Positions 12,048-24,546 of a stretch of 64,000 nt of DNA are shown here, piece after piece; the first letter of the stretch is position 1; each line of letters starts with the position of its first letter. This stretch comes from Gonapodya sp. JEL0774 (taxonomy: Eukaryota), in NCBI GenBank assembly GCA_027604505.1, contig JADIIX010000059.1, positions 62,001 to 126,000 of the forward strand, given 5' to 3'. The notes below the pieces were generated by a model. That model ran no database searches, had not been told where the DNA came from, and was given only the letters and a program-made list of their open reading frames with translations. Position numbers and translations under genes: made by a program.

Positions 12048-14286
12048 TCAGCAGTCGACATCCTTTTTCCGGCCCCTGGCCCTGCCGTTCGCAGAAACTG
12101 CAGGACTTGCTTTGAGCGGCGGCGACTTTGTTCTTGGGGTTTTGGGGGTTTTGGGAGTTCTAGGCGTTTTCGGTGTCTTCGCCGGTGTTTCAGTAGTCGG
12201 CTCTTCCTTTGGTTTCCCAGCGGAACGCAATCTCCCTTTGATGGTTGCTGGTGCACGCTTAGCTCTCGCTTCCGCGTCCGGCGTATATTCTTCGTCGTCG
12301 TCGTCTTCTGGCTCCTCATCGGACAGTTGCGGTGCAGACTCTGAATCTTCTCCGTTAGAGAAACCCACGGCACGTCGAGGTGCGGGGGACTTACGAGGAG
12401 GCCGCCGCGCCCGTGTAGTCGCCTCGTTGGCGTGAACAGGGATATCAGGTTCAACGACTTGCACGGCAACGGGAACACAGACGTTATGGGTGGGCCAGGC
12501 TTCGTCGTCGTCGTCGGAAATTCCTCCGCTCATCCGTGGATCACGGATAGCTGAAAATGCGTCTTCTTGGGTCCATAGCTCAGCAAAATGCGGTCCACTG
12601 CCGCTGCGACTGCTAACGGTGCGGAAGCTTCCTGTTTGTTCCGCCGGAGCAGCGGCAACACGATCTGTTTGATGGAATGGCACCACAAGCGGATCTGCGG
12701 AACCGGTCGAGAACTTGATCGAAGGCAATGGTGGTGCGAGTCGTTCGGCGGGAACGTACTCGCGAGACAGAGACATCGATGGAATGTAGGAGTTTGGGGG
12801 TGTTGGCTCACGGGAGCGGCGGGAAGAAGCTGCGGCTGAAGAGAAGAGCGGAAGAGAATATATATATTCTCAAAATTGTACACAAGCGAGTATGAGCGCG
12901 CTTGTACCAACTCACCCTCGAACATGTGCGGACCAGTGTGACCCGTTTTCCTTTTCGAAAGTTCAGAATCGAGCTCGAATCTCAATCTCAGATACAATCT
13001 CGCATACTCACAGCAACTCTTTCATGGTTTCGGCAACTTCCCGCATCTGCGGCCGACGTGAGGGCTCCTTCTCGGTGCATTGAACAAGCAACTCCCATAA
13101 ATCGTCCGGCATGTACTCGTAGTTCAAGAGAAAATCCCTCTTGCCCTCAACAATCTTCGTCGTGAGAGCAAACCCCTCTTGGAGGTCGTCGAATGGGCAC
13201 CTTTCAGACCAGATCTCGAAAGCAGTGACACCAAAGCTGTACACATCCATCTCTTTGGTAACTTCCGCACGACGGTTGGTGACTCGTTCTGGAGGCATGT
13301 AACTACGGGCAAAAATAGAAGATAGAGGGAGGGTCAGCCAGGTGTCGGACGTCACAACCCACGCAATCGAAATTGCAATACACACCGTTCCGTCCCAGGA
13401 CGGGGTCCGCGGGTTGTTTCCTTTCCCTGCACGCGAAACTTCGCGGCACCGAAGTCACCAACAAGCGCATCACCTGATCTGTGAATGAGCACACTATGCG
13501 CTCAAAGCAAAACATTTAACAGAAGTCATCGACGTGAGAAGTCCAAAAATTCCCAAGACAAGGGGGAAGATTTAAATTAAGGGATAAAGGAGTATATGTG
13601 GATGTGTGAGCGAGTCAAGGGATCGAAAATTGAGATGCGAACGATGTGAGGAGATGGAGGGCTAGGGCCACCTCGTCACACAAAGAAACCAACTTGTCTG
13701 GTTTGAGATCGGCATGAATGCAATCTCGTGAATGCAGATACGCGCAAGCAGCAGCCACATTGTAGATCTGACACAAATTAGAAAGACAAGCAAGTGGATA
13801 ATTGACCACCAATGGTGTCTGTCCGTTCTCGTGCTCGTATGGTCAGTGCCTACAACTCACCAGTTCCATTCTGTTCGCATCGGACCTGACTTCGAGATAG
13901 TCACGAACTGATCCATTTTCCATCAAAGGGCTTATCATCAATCTGGTATCGACATGTGAGATTGGTTGTGTCCGAAACTTCGAAAGTGAGACGTACCTAT
14001 CCTCTCCCCTTTCAGCGATTCCAAGAAGCGGAAGAACGTGTGGATGCATCAGCTGAGACCATTTGAGGGCTTCCCGCTCAAACATTTCAGGCCTCCGCGA
14101 CCGAACGCCAACGTTCAACAGTGTCTTGATGGCAACTTTGGAAAACATCCATTCGCCGGCACGGACAACCCCGAAGCCACCTTCACCCAGTTCCTCCCCA
14201 ATGATGAGGTCGTTGAATGGGATTATGCGGAGGGAAACTGCTCCGCTGCTGCTGGAAGAGCCTTGAGACACTTGGGATTGCGACAT
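12048..14286 (-). CDS. Protein kinase, TKL-like, non-RD (HADLK), with a long disordered acidic/basic C-terminal tail
   Basis: GEGGFGVV, VAIK, FEREALKWSQLMHPHVLPLLG, HADLKPDN, VGDFG, GTERYMPPE, DVYSFG. A small exon (~12916-12950, KTGHTGPHMFE) links the kinase in frame to ORF 12048-12776. Confidence 0.88.
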
Positions 14287-14787
14287 TCTGGTATCCGTCG
14301 TCGAATTAGCAGCGGCAATCACGGTATGCGCGTAGGAGATATAGGAGATAGAACACAGGGACTTGTGCCGAAGCGAAAATGTAAGTAGATCGCAGCCCCC
14401 ACACGACGAAAATACGGTAAGGCCTGAACAGCTGTCGGTGGTGAGTGCTCATGGGTGCAAGGTACCCAAAACATAATCACTAGTTCTTGTGCCACTTCAA
14501 ACGAAAGTACAACAAATGTCATTTGCAGGACGTCGATATTGGGGGCTGTACTCGACGGTTTGAGCATCCGCTACGGCCTCACTGACGTGTTGCCAAGGAC
14601 TGACAGTGGTTATCCAAAGGTATATTATTGTGAAATTCATCAAGGGCAACTGTATCTTTGTTTTTCATCGCCGGGGAAATCTCATACACACGTTTCACCT
14701 CATTCCATCAACCTTGTGGGTGCGGACTAATAGGTGCTGTGGGGGGGAGGGATGACCCAATACCCAATCTGGTAAACCTGCCCGCAA

Positions 14788-15759
14788 ATGAGTTCGCACC
14801 ACACTCCACCGCATCCTGGAGTTGCACATAGGCCGTCTCCCCCTCCTCAGCTTCCGCTCACTCCTTCCACACTGTCTTCGCTTGCTGCGATACCGAATCA
14901 CCATTCTGTCTACTCGCATCACCATTCTGTCATACAGGTGAGTGCAAACGTAAATGGATACGGCGAAAAGCTCTGCCTACGTCCAAGAGGACTTTGTGAT
15001 GCTTGATGGAAAGTTAGAAACTCGGTTTTGCTAGAGGTTCACATTCTCCCTCAATCCGACAGGACGACCGACTTCCCATTACTTTTGTCATCACCGATTG
15101 TCCATCCGATAAAGCTATTGAGTCTTACCTCGATGTCTTTCGCGAGAACGGTGTTAAGGACGTTGTACGGATCTGCGACGAATCGGTCTACCGGAAGGAG
15201 GGTTTTGAGACACAAGGAGTCACGGTGCATGATAACATGAAGTTTGATGATGGAGGGGTGCCGCCAGATGCTGGTACGTCGTGAGAGTAGGTTAACTAGT
15301 GGCTGTTGAGCTCGCACCGACCACGGACCTTCCCACCTCCCTCATCAAAATTTGTTGCCGCGGGGTCGTCTTTCCAATCCCCGCTCCATGTTTTCAGTTC
15401 TGCGTTCGTGGCGTCTGCTTGTAGATAAACTCATCCGACCAACCAACCCCCCCTCGTCTACCGCACCTGCACTTGCTGTGCACTGTGTCTCCGGAGTTGG
15501 TCGCGCACCGGTCCTCGTCTGCGTCACACTGATAGACGCAGGCATTGATCCAATTGATGCGATTGAAATCGTTCGGAAACGGCGTAGGGGTTCGCTCAAC
15601 AAGAAGCAAGTGACCTGGCTCATTGAAGGGTGCAAGAAGGCGAAGCTGGGCTCCACACTACAGAAATATGGTGGCAAAGCTGAGGCTGCCAGCTCTAGCA
15701 CTGACGAAAAAAACTCAGGAGGTGGACTTTTTGGAGGCCTTTTCAAGAAGAAGGGCTGA
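14788..15759 (+). CDS. PRL/PTP4A-type dual-specificity phosphatase (3 exons)
   Basis: FVITDCP, VVRICD, KFDDGGVPP, AVHCVSGVGRAPVLV, AIEIVRKRRRGSLNKKQ; P-loop followed by Ala as in PRLs. Confidence 0.88.
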
Positions 15760-16127
15760 AATGCTCAATTGGACGGAATCCGTCATCTCTTGTGGCCGTC
15801 AAGTGCCGCACCTACACTTGGAGGTGCCACGCCTTGTATCGTATGAAATGGACATTTGCAAGTGGGGTGCCGGAAGGGACTCCTAGTGGACAAATCGGGG
15901 GAAACCCCAAGAACGACCGAAAATTTTACCACCACCCAACTCCGGTATAAGTGGACGATTAGTAAAAGCGAACATGTAGAGATCATGCATCCTTGATGTG
16001 CATCTATATTTATATGGCGTGAAAATGAAGTACATATTTCAAACTTGCCGAACCTTCTCAAAACCAATATTATGATTATAAAACCAAGCGAAGCCATCTC
16101 ATTATTCTCATACAAAAGGACTGTTCA

Positions 16128-18813
16128 CTAGAGCTCCCCCTTGTTCGCAGCGTCACTGATTCGGAGCTCCTGCGAGTGGGCGGCACCTACGACCTTATGA
16201 TCAAACCTCTCAACTTGCACATCACCATCCAATTGTACGTCCACCTGAAGCACGCGCACAGCAAATCCGACGAGCTGAACGTCAATATCAAGTTCGACGT
16301 CGAAACCACGTAACCCATCCACATCCTCGACTACCGTCTCGATCACATCATCACAGACCCGCCACCCTCGCGACACAACTGCGGAGTCAACTTGTTCCGC
16401 GCCATCCTGTGAGCTTGCTGCTTCTGTGGGGAGGTTACTCGTCGTCACCATCAATTTCAGAGGGTCGCCTCTTGTCCCCATGTCCGCGACTCTACCACCC
16501 ACTTGCCGCCGAATCCTCACAAGAGCGTCACACTCATCGGCTTTAGCGTTCACCAGCATGACTAACAACCTTACTGCTCCTGCTTTTGTCCGTACCCCGC
16601 TCAGCCACCCTCCCACGTGAACAGCTCCCTCGCCTCCCAATGGAACCATTGCGCCACTGCCTGCAATCCCGATCTCCCAACCCCTCCATGGCATCCTTCG
16701 CCCCGATACCAAAAATTCTTCAACCGCATGCAATGTTTGGGCGGTCGAATCAATTGCGGCTTCGAGCTCGGGAAGTGTGGGTGAAAGCCACCAAGTGAGA
16801 CCCGGGCTACCATGAACGATGGCGATGTGTAGCATCACAATTAGTTCCAGAGGAGTCGGGGCTCTTCAAGGTGGATGACAAAGCACATTTTGCACCTCAT
16901 CACGGTTGTGAGGAAAGTTTCGCCTGCCTCACCTCTTCCAGTACTCGGCACCCCCAAATGCCTGTACCACAGTCCATACGACAGTCCTTGCTCCCCTTGA
17001 CCACCCGCCTCCCTCGTAGCAACCGCCCGCATCCCAGTCTGGCGCTACTCCTTCATCAATCATTACCGTCGGAACTTTATTCTCAGCCCATCCCACTCGC
17101 TCCTTCACTCCGTCCACCCTCTTTCCTACTTCATCAGGTGCGTCTGTCCAGCACTCGTCACATCCGCAATCAAATTCTGTCTCGCTACACAAGCTCGGAT
17201 CGGTCCCGACAGGATACGGATCGACCATGATAATGGATGCTGAGGGAAGGAAGGCGGGAAGACGGAAGCGGGCGCAGTTCAAAGCAAGTGTGGTAGGACG
17301 ATAGGGGTCTAACCTGCGGATAAGGTTGGCCGTTGAGGAGAGGTGATTTGGCAACGAGTTCGCACCATCAGGTTCTGTCGGGTAGTGAGAGATGCAGGGG
17401 AGTTAGTGCTTGAGGTGTAGAGAGTTTACGGATTTGTTACGCATCTGTGGACACAAGCAGCATGCTCTGTTGCGTTCACGTGATTCTTTTGCAGGCATGT
17501 CACACCCTTTCCAGTTTTCACCTCATCACCCTTCCCGTGTGTGTGGCGTGGCTCCCCGTTTTCTCTCAGCATCAAACCGACAGTTCTAAACGACAAACTT
17601 ACCGTCCGCAGTGTACCACGCCAGGACTCCCTTTTTTCCTCTCCACATTTCAACCTGTTTTTGGACACTCTTCTCATCTCTCCAAGTATGCCTCATATCG
17701 TACACAATGCCCACCCCTCCTCTCTCCGCTGCTTCAACTAGTCGACCCATCTTTGTCCAATCATCTGATCCATCTGAGTCAGAAAATGGGGGCACAGGGT
17801 GAATCAAGGTGTGACCACGAATGGAGCGAAGGCGTGTCAAATTGAGGTCAAGCGCGCCCGGGTCTTGGGAAAAAAAGTAAGGCGTGGAGGTGTAGCCACC
17901 AAAAGGTACTATGGGGATGGAGTGACGGTGGGGTCTCCCCGGATTCGTGACCGACCGCACACACGGATCCTGGATCGATTGATCTCGGAGTGTCTCTTGC
18001 AGGTTCAAGCCGTCAGAGGTCTCAGCGATAGCCAGCATATCAGATTCCCATGTATCCTTTATCAAAGTTGATGTCCACAAGTCCACCTTGACGGTGGACC
18101 CACCGTACGGGTGGATTGGATCGAGACGCTGAAGGACAGTACTTCGCACAGCGAGGGAACCAAGGCCCAACGCGTCTGCTGAGAAATACACTGTGAGACG
18201 GTTTGAAGAAATCATGGTATCATAGTCCGAGGTCACATGTGATTGAGTGTCCCTTGGCGATGAAGAGAATCGCCGGCTTTTTGGGTCCACATATATGAGA
18301 AAATCTTCAAGGCTGAATTTAACACAGGCAGAATCGAACCCATCGACGCCAGGTCTGAGATGGAGACGGGTTTGGGGAATGACGTTGACCAGTCTGCCGT
18401 CGAGAGAGGACGTGCGGGTAGCTCGAACCCATATTGGGATATCAGCGTGAGTAATCTCTGAGAGGCAGATCGTCAAAATATGAACAACCTGATCATGTGA
18501 GGTCTGATTAAGGTGTTAACAATGCGGGAGCCCAACCTTTCACTTTAGACCGGACATCGACCACGAGTTCACCCTCGGTTTCCCAGGTGTATGGATCGAA
18601 TCTCGGGTTGGCGTGAAAGAAAAGAGGACCCAATGGGTCAGGTGTGTCCAGCAACGGGTGCGGTTTCGACGCAGACATGCTCCCATCTTGCCGACGATAC
18701 GGTTTACCACACCACCATGATTCTTCAGCAGTCACTGCAAGGCTCATTGCAACAATTGAACAGGCAAGAGCTACAACCACGATGCGAGCCGATCGGTAAG
18801 AGATCGATTGCAT
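16128..18813 (-). CDS. Secreted fungal glycoside-hydrolase-superfamily (TIM-barrel-like) protein of unknown specificity
   Basis: Hydrophobic signal peptide then WWCGKPY. Motifs YDMRHTW, LAWYTADEPDG (spliced), DPYRPTTLALNC, IIMVDPYPVG, GCDEC, WTVVQAFGG..YWKRxP resemble a conserved fungal GH-superfamily family (recalled, not searched). Confidence 0.65.
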
Positions 18814-18954
18814 GCAAGAGAGTGGAAATGCAATTATGTAATATTACACTGAAGCAGCATGTCTACACCCCACGCAATCGAGGGGTTGGAAGCACTTTAG
18901 AACCGCCTCGCATAATATGTACTCAGCGATTTGAGCTCATCATCAGTCCTGAGT

Positions 18955-21900
18955 TCAGGGCCGCCCGATTCCTGCCGCCGCCTTCTTCAAGTTGGCAAAA
19001 CCTTCCTCAAGCTTCGGTCCTGTGCCCGATACGACTCCACTCGCCCCACTCACAACCCCGCTGCCCATCCTCTGGAAGGATACTGGTGTGTTCACGCTGG
19101 CAAGATACACCGACCCAATCTTCTGGGTACCACCGGCTCCACCCTGCTTGTACAAGCCTCCGGTCCCTCCGCCCGGAAGTTGGGGCGAAATGGTGGAAGA
19201 TTGTGACGGTCTTAAACCTCGAGTCCATCTGGCCAATACCCGTTGGTTTGCCTTTCGTGCCCACCCGCGCTCGGACTCCAGCGAAAATATTGCGTCCTCC
19301 ACGGTAACACGAGCCATGTCAGCACGTGTCTTCGCCGTCAACTTGTCGGAGGCGACTCCAGATCTCTTAGAGTTTGCGTTCGGTAAAGTCGAGGTAGATT
19401 TGGGATTGATGGAGGAGGGGGCTGAATCAACAAGACCTGCTTCCACACCGGAGGATTCCCCTCGATGCTCTATCTTGAGTAAAGGCACAGCAGGATTCTC
19501 TTCGAGTAGTATCTTGACGGGAGTCAATTTTGGTTGTTCCTTCCCCTGCTGTGTCCCTATTGTATTTTGAGTACCTGCTCCAGTCTGTCCAAGCACAACG
19601 CCGCCACCAGCGTTCGGTCGACCCGGGCCTACACCCCCTATCATCCACGAGTATGTTTTGCTCTTCCCTCCCACAGCGGCTGCAATAGCTCGCCTCGTGT
19701 TCACGTCCCGTATATGCTGTGGTAGTCGTCTCTCCAGAGCAGTCTGCCCCTGGCCCTTACGCAAGGCGCCGCCAGGAATAGAAACGTTCGGCAGACCAGC
19801 GATTGCAGTTTGCGCTAGGGCGTTGGACAGGAGGCCAGACGGCCCCAGGGCTATGGACGCAGCAGAAGGTGGCAGCCCCGGATTCGAGATGCCTTTCGCA
19901 GCACCTCCTGCATCGTCCATCACGAGCTCGCCTGATTCTGCTGCACCACCAATCACACCCCCGCCTGAGCCACTGGTACCCGTCATCAAACCTGCTGCTT
20001 GTAGCTCTCTATTCCTGTCCTCTGTTGTTAATCTGATTATCTCATCTCCAGGATTGTCAGTTTGGACTACTTCCACACTCCACACTACATCCTCGTCCGG
20101 CCTTCTCTCCTCCCTCAAGGTTCTCATCCACCCTTCCTGAGCTGCCGGAACTGAGGACTTCGCCTGACTATTACACCATTCGACCAAGTGCACCCGGGCA
20201 AGCCCAGTGCGGTGCTTGGAAGCACGGACGAACCGGTCTGCGAGCGAGCGTAGGCGATGCTCCATAGCGAGGACGAGGTAAGGCGCGACAATATTGTTTG
20301 GAGTGAGAGAATGACGCTTGGCTTGTATAATACAAATCATAAGAAGAGAGTGCAACAAAGTACCGCGTCAAACTCATCGACACTCACCAATAACATCAAT
20401 CTCTCTGCGCACGCCCCGCTCCCCGACAAACCAGTCCGCTTTCGTTGTCGGCTCAAAGTTCTTTTTCGCATTCGCAAGCACACTCCGATATTCCTTCTCC
20501 AACGCCGCCTGCTCCGCGTCGAAATCAACCCCGGTGCCAGTTAATACATCCACTTCACCAATTCCTTCGGGCTTGGTCTGATCGTCGCGAAACTGCTGTG
20601 TCAGAAGCGCGGCCGCAACTTGAGCGATGCCCCCATTCGACAAACCCGGTAGGCCGCCCGTGAGTCCAGGCATTGGCGGTCGCACAGGAGGAAGGGGTCT
20701 GCTTTGAGCTTGGGCTTTAGCAGCGTCAGTGGCAGCGGCGTGGGTACTGCGCATGGAGAGTTCAAGGCCTCCGCGGACAGATTGCAGGCGTGCGAGTTGA
20801 GCGGGGGAGATGAAGGTACTCAAGGACTCCCAAAGTGATTGGAAGTCTTGGGTGAGCTTCAGGTCAGAACGGTGCGAGGAATGGAGAGGGAGGACCATTA
20901 TTAAAATGAGAGGTTCCGTGAAAGCGAAGGCACGAGCAACCAAAGATCGTGCTTCTGTTGGCAGCAACCAATGCGACGCGCTCGCAATCAAGCAAGAACT
21001 ATCTTCGTTTCTCCAAATAACCACAGAGAACCCATCAGAGGACCTCCATCACACAAAAAACCCACCGTCGCACGTGCCATGAGGTCAGACAAGAGTTTCT
21101 GATGAGTTGAAGGAAGCTCTAGGTTGACACTTTGAAGCACATCATTGGGTGTATCCACTCCTCCACTTCCTACGGGTCCCGACCCTACACCTCCAGCCAG
21201 GGTGATGCCCTCAGGCTGGGGATATCGCGAGCTTGAGCTCAAGCCCATAGATGTACTCGAAGTAGATGATTTTAAGAATCCAGAGGCGGAGGCGAGAAGT
21301 TGGTGAGCCGGGGGTTGGTTGAATGCGCCGGGGCTTGAACCGGGAAACGACGAAGACGCAGTGCGATTATTAGAGATGGAGGTAGCAGTCGAGAGAGAAG
21401 GTTGTCGGGAAATTGATATCGCATTCCCAGCACCGGACGGCGTCGTTGACATGAAGTTAGGATACTGTGCGAACGTGGAAATACCATTGGTCCAGTTAAA
21501 CTGTGCGCTCGGAGGGGATTGCACAAGTTGAGATTCGTAATTGTAAGAAGAGTCTGTTGGCTCGCTTTTCACGACCACAAGTCCAGACCCGGCGAAAACC
21601 TCGTCACCAGGATACATGTAATCCGCACCCTCTCCATCCATGTCTGGGCCCTCTCCGGAAGCCACCGATGACTTCCGCCCACGGCCACCACGGCCAGTAC
21701 CTCGAGGTCGACCACGAGGCCGGCCACTACGACCTCGACCACGGCCACCACGACCCCGGAGAGACGCAGGATCCGTGGAGCCATTGGTTGGTAAGTTGGA
21801 GTCAAACGCAGGGGGTAGGGAGGGTCGGGAAGCCACACGAGACGAGACACGGCGGTGTTTGGAGGCAGTATGTTCGTCACGATTCTCGTCATTATCAGAA

Positions 21901-22442
21901 CCATCGGTATCCGAGTTGTCCTGAGTTTGATTTTCCCCATTCTTGGTAGGAGCTACCACCGGGTCCTCATTCGTAACAGCGTCATCATCGTCCCCGGCCT
22001 CACTCTCGTCTGGCGTGCTCCATCGTGTGGCACCTCTTCCCCGGCCGCGCCCTCTGGGTCGCCTAGGTCGTCGACGTTTTCGGGGTACCAATGGTAGCCC
22101 CTCGTCTGAGTCAATTTCCTCCGCAATCTCACCCCCGTGTCCCCCAAAATCTAATCCGTTTTCCATATCGCCACTCGCTTCGGTTCCAGCATACCCGTGG
22201 TCTCCCGGTTGCTGGATCTCGTCGCCGTAGGTCCCAGCACCGTGTTCGACGGCAAATATCCCCATTTGAGGAGGAGGTCCTCCTTGAAGTGCAACCGCGT
22301 TAGCCAATATGCCCAGTGGGTCGCCTGGTTCTCCATAGGGAACGGACGTGCCGTGGGGCAGATTGGGATTCAGGTTACCAGTCACACCGTCCGCGCTACC
22401 ACCTAATCCGAGCCCGAATCCGTCACCGAATCCGTCAGACAT
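18955..22442 (-). CDS. TAF4: TFIID subunit TAF4 (histone fold plus conserved C-terminal region) with a long N-terminal disordered region
   Basis: DVLTGTGVDFDAEQ, YLVLAMEHRLRSL (histone fold), RDVNTRRAIAAAVGGKSKTYSWM and RVTVEDAIFSLESER match the TAF4 family pattern. Confidence 0.8.
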
Positions 22443-24546
22443 CGTAAAAGAGGCTTGTGCGCTCTGCGCCCGCGCGGGAGTGTGGTCTTATATGAAACGA
22501 TTCGCACAAATTATTCGGCAATTCGGTGGGTGCACGGACTCCGACACTCACAAACTTATTAGAAAGTGACGTGTGATTCTTGGATGGAGATTCACATCTT
22601 TCGGTGCAACGTCCCACCGTTTGGCCATTGACGACTGGCCTTAACTGCCGTACGTTCGTTTCCGCACCTCTCACTCTTTCACTCATCCTCCCCCCCCTAG
22701 CCCGTTCTTTTATCATTTCCCCAGGTGAACGCCGCCACAACAGCAAACAAGCCGGCAACGGCGGGCAGGCCAAGCCCCTATTCCACAAGAAGGCCATGAC
22801 TTTGAAGAAAGGCGTGCTCCGGCGTGCTCCGGCTCGAATGCAACGTGTGCAAGTACAAGCACCAACTGAGTATCGAGAGGCGCAAGCACTTTGAGCTGGG
22901 GGGTCAAAAGAAGGTGGGTTGGGAGATGGGAGTGGGAGGTTGAGGGGCATGATTTTGGATGGGGTGCTGTGTTGCGCAGTGGAAGTTTGGGGTGTCAGAG
23001 GACGACACCGCAGAGTTTTGCGAGTCATTTGGGGTACTGGCGTGCCAGGTGGGATCGGGAGGTTGGCTCGACGTCCACAAGCTGGTGTACTTGGTGGGGC
23101 GGAGTGGAGACGTTTTCCACATTCGAAGCTCTCGGCGTCCGGTTGTATCCGCGTGCCGGAGTGTGTTTTGTCGAAGGGATCTGGGATGCACGCGTGGCAT
23201 GAAGCCGTTTTCGTGCAACTGCGCCGTCACGACTGCACCACCAACGGCACTCCACCCCTTTCATATTTATCCTGATCGTGCACACGCACTGATTCACAGT
23301 TACATTTTCTATTCGCTCGTCCCTCTTCTCCTTCTGAACCATGTGATGACCTATGCTCATCATCACTTTCACCTCTCTGCAGACCAAGTTTGCCGCACTC
23401 TCATTCTAAGTGGGGTCGAGACATTGGGGTATCACGTATCTTGCGTTGTGTGTGGTACATTGCGGTGGTGTTTGCGGTACGGTTGCGGTGCCGTTGTGGT
23501 GGCCATGGTTGTGCCTGTCGCGGTCTTTTCGCATTGGACGTCGTCTCTTGTGCGATCATGGTGGATGCTTAGTTCACCACAAAGTGTGAGTGCAAACCCA
23601 GACGGCGGACACGGTGTGTTGGAGGAAGTGCACCACTTGACCTTTCGAGAAGTTCGGCGTGAACAAATCGATTTACACATATTTCAGAAGGCAAGAAACC
23701 AAAAGTCAAAGCTTCATTGGACTCGAGACATCCTCATGATTCTGCACAGCGTGTTGCGTGTAGTGCAGTTTCGTCTGGAATCTGGCAAGCCTTTCAAACC
23801 AAAGGGAGTGTACAATATATTTAAAACCACACTAACAACCTTTGCGGCGACGAAGAGGGCAGCTCGACATCCTTTGTCCATTTCGCGCGTGAAAGTTCCA
23901 ATTTTGCGTCACTGGTTTACTTTGGTATTACGGTTCATGATTGTGGTTAGTGGCGATCATAAATGGTGGAATCCCCACGCTCTTAGACCGCGAGCTTTGG
24001 GGATCTTCCTTGCACTAGGAGCAAATTCAAGTATGCCTCACCCCATTCATATCTTGAAGCCACTTTAAGAGCCCAATCGAGCCAAGTCAGTCCGGTCCTC
24101 GTGCGAGGGGCAGATGAAGAAGGAAATGCGCGATTAGTTGAATAATCACGATACGTGAAGACTCTCTCAGTTCCCTATCCATGTGAGATCTTTGATAAGC
24201 AATGAATTGAATTCATCACTCTCAGCGTAACTGTTCGCAACCCGCCCACATGGGGGCGCTGACTGTGGCGCAGTTGGTCTCCCGAAACGTGGAGAGTGCA
24301 CAAAGAGTGAGACACGCATCGTGATTCCAGAACTGCATACTTACCTTCTTTGAGTTAAAGCGGAGTGTTTGCTTCACCCAATTCAGGTTTGTACAGCGCC
24401 CAAGGCGAGGAAACGGAGGAAACACTTGGACCAAAGCAAACAGCCAGCCCCAGAGCGTAATCGTGTGTCCATCATCTGATTTTCAAAAACGCCACCAGCC
24501 ACTCACATCAAGGACCAGGCCTTCACGGAGGAACAATCTTACAGCC

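Noticed and set aside
22959..24068. 369-codon + strand ORF between TAF4 and KHA1
   Set aside because: Starts at a non-ATG codon, is rich in C/W/V/H, and has no recognisable motif; probably a chance ORF in intergenic DNA, though not excluded without RNA-seq
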